Origin: Myxococcota bacterium
Lineage (GTDB): Bacteria > Myxococcota_C > UBA6777
Direction of reading: 5' to 3'
Assembly: GCA_023150835.1 (NCBI GenBank)
Contig: JAKLKB010000038.1
Span: 1-47,173, forward strand
DNA: 47,173 nt
Of this stretch, positions 45,193-47,173 are shown one piece after another. The position numbers and the translations under genes were made by a program. The number at the start of each line of letters is the position of its first letter. The first letter of the stretch is position 1. The notes beneath the pieces are model-generated. The model did no database searches. It saw only the letters and a list, made by a program, of their open reading frames with translations, and was not told the origin of the DNA.

Positions 45193-46620
45193 TTAAGAGG
45201 GGGTGGTCTTGTTGTCTTGTTCGCCCGATAGAGGGGCATGGGAGAGGCTTGGCGGGGGAGTTTCGGGTTCTTCGATGGAGATGCGTTTGATCTCGATCAT
45301 CCGAACGTGGCGTTCGTCTGCTTCAAGCACGCGGAAGGTAAAATGGAAACGTTCTAGGGTTTCGCCGATCTGTGGAACACGGCCTGATTCGGAGGTCACG
45401 AATCCACCAAGCGTCTCGTAATCCCCTTCGTTCGGGAATTCGATCTCCAACATCTCTTCGAGTTCGCGGATGCTGACTTGTGCGCGGACGCGCCATTTGC
45501 CGGGTTCGATCTCCACAAAATCTTTTTCGTCATCTTTGTCGTACTCATCGTGGATCTCTCCGACGATCTCTTCAAGGATATCTTCGAGTGTGACCAAGCC
45601 CATCGTTCCGCCAAATTCGTCCACCACGATCGCCATGTGACTTTTTCGGCGTTGAAACTCGCTCAACAGATCCGAGACTTTCATCGTACTCGGAACAAAG
45701 TAGGGAGCGCGCAAAAGAGAGCTCCAATCCTCGCCCACCCCGCTGTCTCCGTTGGATGTGTGCATCCGAAACAGATCGCGCAAATAAAGAATCCCCACGA
45801 TCTGATCCATACTTTCACGATAGACGGGGATGCGACTGTGGATCGCATCACGCGCCATCTCCAACAGCTCTTTTCGGGACATATCGACCGACAAGGCGAC
45901 GATCTTGATACGCGGGATCATAATCTCGCGCAGCGTGATGTCGTCGAACTCAAGGACCGATTTTAACAGCTTCTCTTTTTCGTAGTGCAGCACTCCCTCG
46001 CGTGTGCCGATGCTGATCATGTATTCGAGATCTTCTTCGCTCATAAACGGCCCGCTGCGGTGGATATCTCCCCCAAAGATCCGAACAGCCCACGCCGCGA
46101 TCGCCACCAAAAACCCCGTCAATAGGTAAAATCCCCAATACGAAAGTTGCAGCACAGGAAAAACCAGATGCGCGACTTGGGTGGCATGGTGCTTCGCGTA
46201 GGTCTTTGGCACAATCTCCCCAAAGATCAAGATGATCAGCGTCATCACCCCCACAGCGATCGCCACACCTTGGTTGTCGAAGATATGCTGCGCGATCGTC
46301 GTCGCCACCGCAGAAGCAAGGATGTTTACGATGTTGTTGCCCACAAGGATCGTCGTCAATACGCGGTTGGGATGCTCCAACCACAGCTTCAATCGCCCGT
46401 ACCGAGCAGAGTCCTTGTCCATCAATTGCTCGATTTTCGGACGAGCAAGAGCTGTCAGCGCCGTTTCACACGCGGAAAAGATGGCCGACAACACCAAACA
46501 CAAAAGGATCAACAACCACTCCCATGTGGGAACGCTTGCAAGTTTCTGCATCCAAGAGGCCGAGGTATTTGTCGCCACAACCATCCCGAAAAGACCCTGT
46601 GCTAGGGGAACACTGTCCAA
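45193..46620 (-). CDS. HlyC/CorC (CNNM-CBS-CorC) family Mg2+/Co2+ transporter-like protein
   Basis: SAIFSACETAL, TILVGNNIVNI, FGEIVPK, IMIPR, HSRIPVY, VVDEFGGTMGLVTLEDILEEIVGEI.DEYD, YETLGG. Confidence 0.95.
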   Translation of the reverse strand: MDSVPLAQGLFGMVVATNTSASWMQKLASVPTWEWLLILLCLVLSAIFSACETALTALARPKIEQLMDKDSARYGRLKLWLEHPNRVLTTILVGNNIVNILASAVATTIAQHIFDNQGVAIAVGVMTLIILIFGEIVPKTYAKHHATQVAHLVFPVLQLSYWGFYLLTGFLVAIAAWAVRIFGGDIHRSGPFMSEEDLEYMISIGTREGVLHYEKEKLLKSVLEFDDITLREIMIPRIKIVALSVDMSRKELLEMARDAIHSRIPVYRESMDQIVGILYLRDLFRMHTSNGDSGVGEDWSSLLRAPYFVPSTMKVSDLLSEFQRRKSHMAIVVDEFGGTMGLVTLEDILEEIVGEIHDEYDKDDEKDFVEIEPGKWRVRAQVSIRELEEMLEIEFPNEGDYETLGGFVTSESGRVPQIGETLERFHFTFRVLEADERHVRMIEIKRISIEEPETPPPSLSHAPLSGEQDNKTTPS

Positions 46621-47118
46621 GGTACTCCAGCTCCTTTGATGGGGGCGTTTTCCCGTCTTTCATCGCCCGCCGAAAAGGCTCGTGAGACGATGCACCTGCT
46701 CAACGCGCAAGAGCAGCGTTGGGTCGCCAAAAATCCGCACACACAAGCGTTCAAACCACCCACCCATCCGTCCTTTTGTTCATCTGCTTTGTCGGTGGGT
46801 CTTTCTGCCTGTAAGTGCGGAGTGTAGCCCTATCGCAAAGTCGGCGTCAAGCGCGCCCCCTTCCCCATCCATCCATTCCGTCCAATCTACGGCCTTTTGA
46901 GCAAAATGCGTCACGCACACGCCACAAAAAATCAGAGCACGCGACAAAGCAAAAGGATGGAGGGAAAAGGTGTGGCGGATAGAAGGAAAACGATAGGAAG
47001 AGCAGGCAGGGGAAAAGGTGTTGTGGACAGGAGGGAGCTTACTCTAGGTCTTGCTTTTTTGATCACAAGTGATGAGAGTTGATCACAGTTGAGGATTTTT
47101 ATGTGATCGAGAGAGCAG

Positions 47119-47173
47119 ATGACAGAGAAAAGATATACCATCGGACAATTCGCCAAAGAGATCAACAGATCAA
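47119..47173 (+). CDS. 5' end of a MerR-type HTH protein, possibly IS607-family serine recombinase (runs off the right edge)
   Basis: MTEKRYTIGQFAKEINRS.. matches the Y.IG.FAK..G/N.S start of MerR/IS607 TnpA. Only 18 codons are visible. Confidence 0.45.
   Translation, partial: MTEKRYTIGQFAKEINRS

Overview
Bacterial chromosomal window of moderate GC. The gene content (PP2C-cNMP fusion, HEAT-repeat and lipoprotein genes) suggests a deltaproteobacterial/Myxococcota-like host, which is an inference. Housekeeping genes (hrpB, thiL, pepF, serC, kptA, acyl-CoA dehydrogenase, prs, fhs, UvrD-family helicase, HlyC/CorC) are interspersed with secreted or accessory proteins and a high density of intergenic repeats: a ~150-170 bp TIR-bounded MITE-like family, GTAG-type REP/BIME elements and several tandem arrays. 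Main points of interest: (1) a complete non-autonomous IscB-omegaRNA (OMEGA, IS200/IS605) element at 33982-35530 sits inside a HEPN-like gene; removing it restores a 140-aa ORF and exposes an ATGAA TAM and a predictable guide. (2) That HEPN gene is coupled to an unknown 356-aa gene and preceded by a ~10 x 32-33 bp hairpin array. (3) A bacterial GRAS-domain protein is fused to a CBS pair. (4) An ArsS-type radical SAM/AhpD pair is followed by a degenerate TIGR03960-like radical SAM protein carrying a poly-HTE insert. (5) A 1460-aa lectin-vWA-transglutaminase-like surface protein. All family assignments come from motif recognition by eye; no searches were run.
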